DNA from: Octopus sinensis | Taxonomy: Eukaryota | Length of the DNA: 19,967 bases | Direction of reading: 5' to 3' | Assembly: GCF_006345805.1 (NCBI RefSeq) | Contig: NW_021824049.1 | Coordinates: 1-19,967, forward strand | Shown: positions 19,527 to 19,967 of the stretch, one piece after another | How positions within the stretch are numbered: the stretch's first letter is position 1 | How the letters are laid out: each line of letters begins with the position of its first letter | The notes under the pieces: generated by a model | The model's input: the letters and a program-made list of their open reading frames with translations, nothing else | The model's database searches: none | Told to the model about the DNA's origin: nothing | Translations under genes and position numbers: made by a program

Positions 19527-19669
19527 ATTTACGGTACGGATAAGAGGCAATTCATAAATATTTTATTATGAAATAGTAAATACGATTTTCCTAGATTGTA
19601 GTGACGTATTTATTAACAATAAATGTACTTAATTCTGTAGATATGTAGTTTTGTACCTAAAGACAGCCA

Positions 19670-19967
19670 CCCCCCACCGCACATACAAACACCCACACTC
19701 ACACATACACTGACACCCCCAACACACTCATACAAATGCATAAATATATGTAGATAAAAATGTATGTATATACATACATATATATATATATACATGCAGG
19801 CACACATTTATATATATATATATATGGAGAGAGAGAGAGAGAGATACGCAGGCATATACATACACACACACACGTATAAACACATATACACAGATATACA
19901 CATGCACACACTCACACAGCACACACAATTCTACACTCACCCTGCTTATACATTCACACACACGTAC
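19670..19967. repeat. Mixed (CA)/(TA)/(GA) low-complexity tract
   Basis: Seen directly. Confidence 0.9.

Overview
AT-rich eukaryotic non-coding DNA made almost entirely of microsatellites and retro/DNA-transposon debris. The repeat families look like those of coleoid cephalopods, probably Octopus (recognised from memory, not database-checked). No host protein-coding gene is recognisable. Nearly all ORFs in the supplied track are read-throughs of microsatellites or SINEs. The only protein-derived sequence I can support is a decayed reverse-transcriptase fragment of an R4/Dong-type LINE (6065-6540, minus). Three tRNA-headed SINE families are present, labelled here A, B and C. They include a C-head/A-body chimera, an internally triplicated copy and one copy with an 11-bp TSD. 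The window also holds a non-autonomous Helitron, hAT and Tc1/mariner ends, a 5 x 141-bp minisatellite and a possible solo LTR. The most interesting signal is at 9.47-12.02 kb: three different short (TA)n-flanked elements each carry a type I hammerhead-ribozyme motif of the Penelope/retrozyme kind. Each predicted cleavage site lies about 100-110 nt from the (TA)n junction. One element is folded into a 97-bp-arm palindrome with opposed ribozyme copies.
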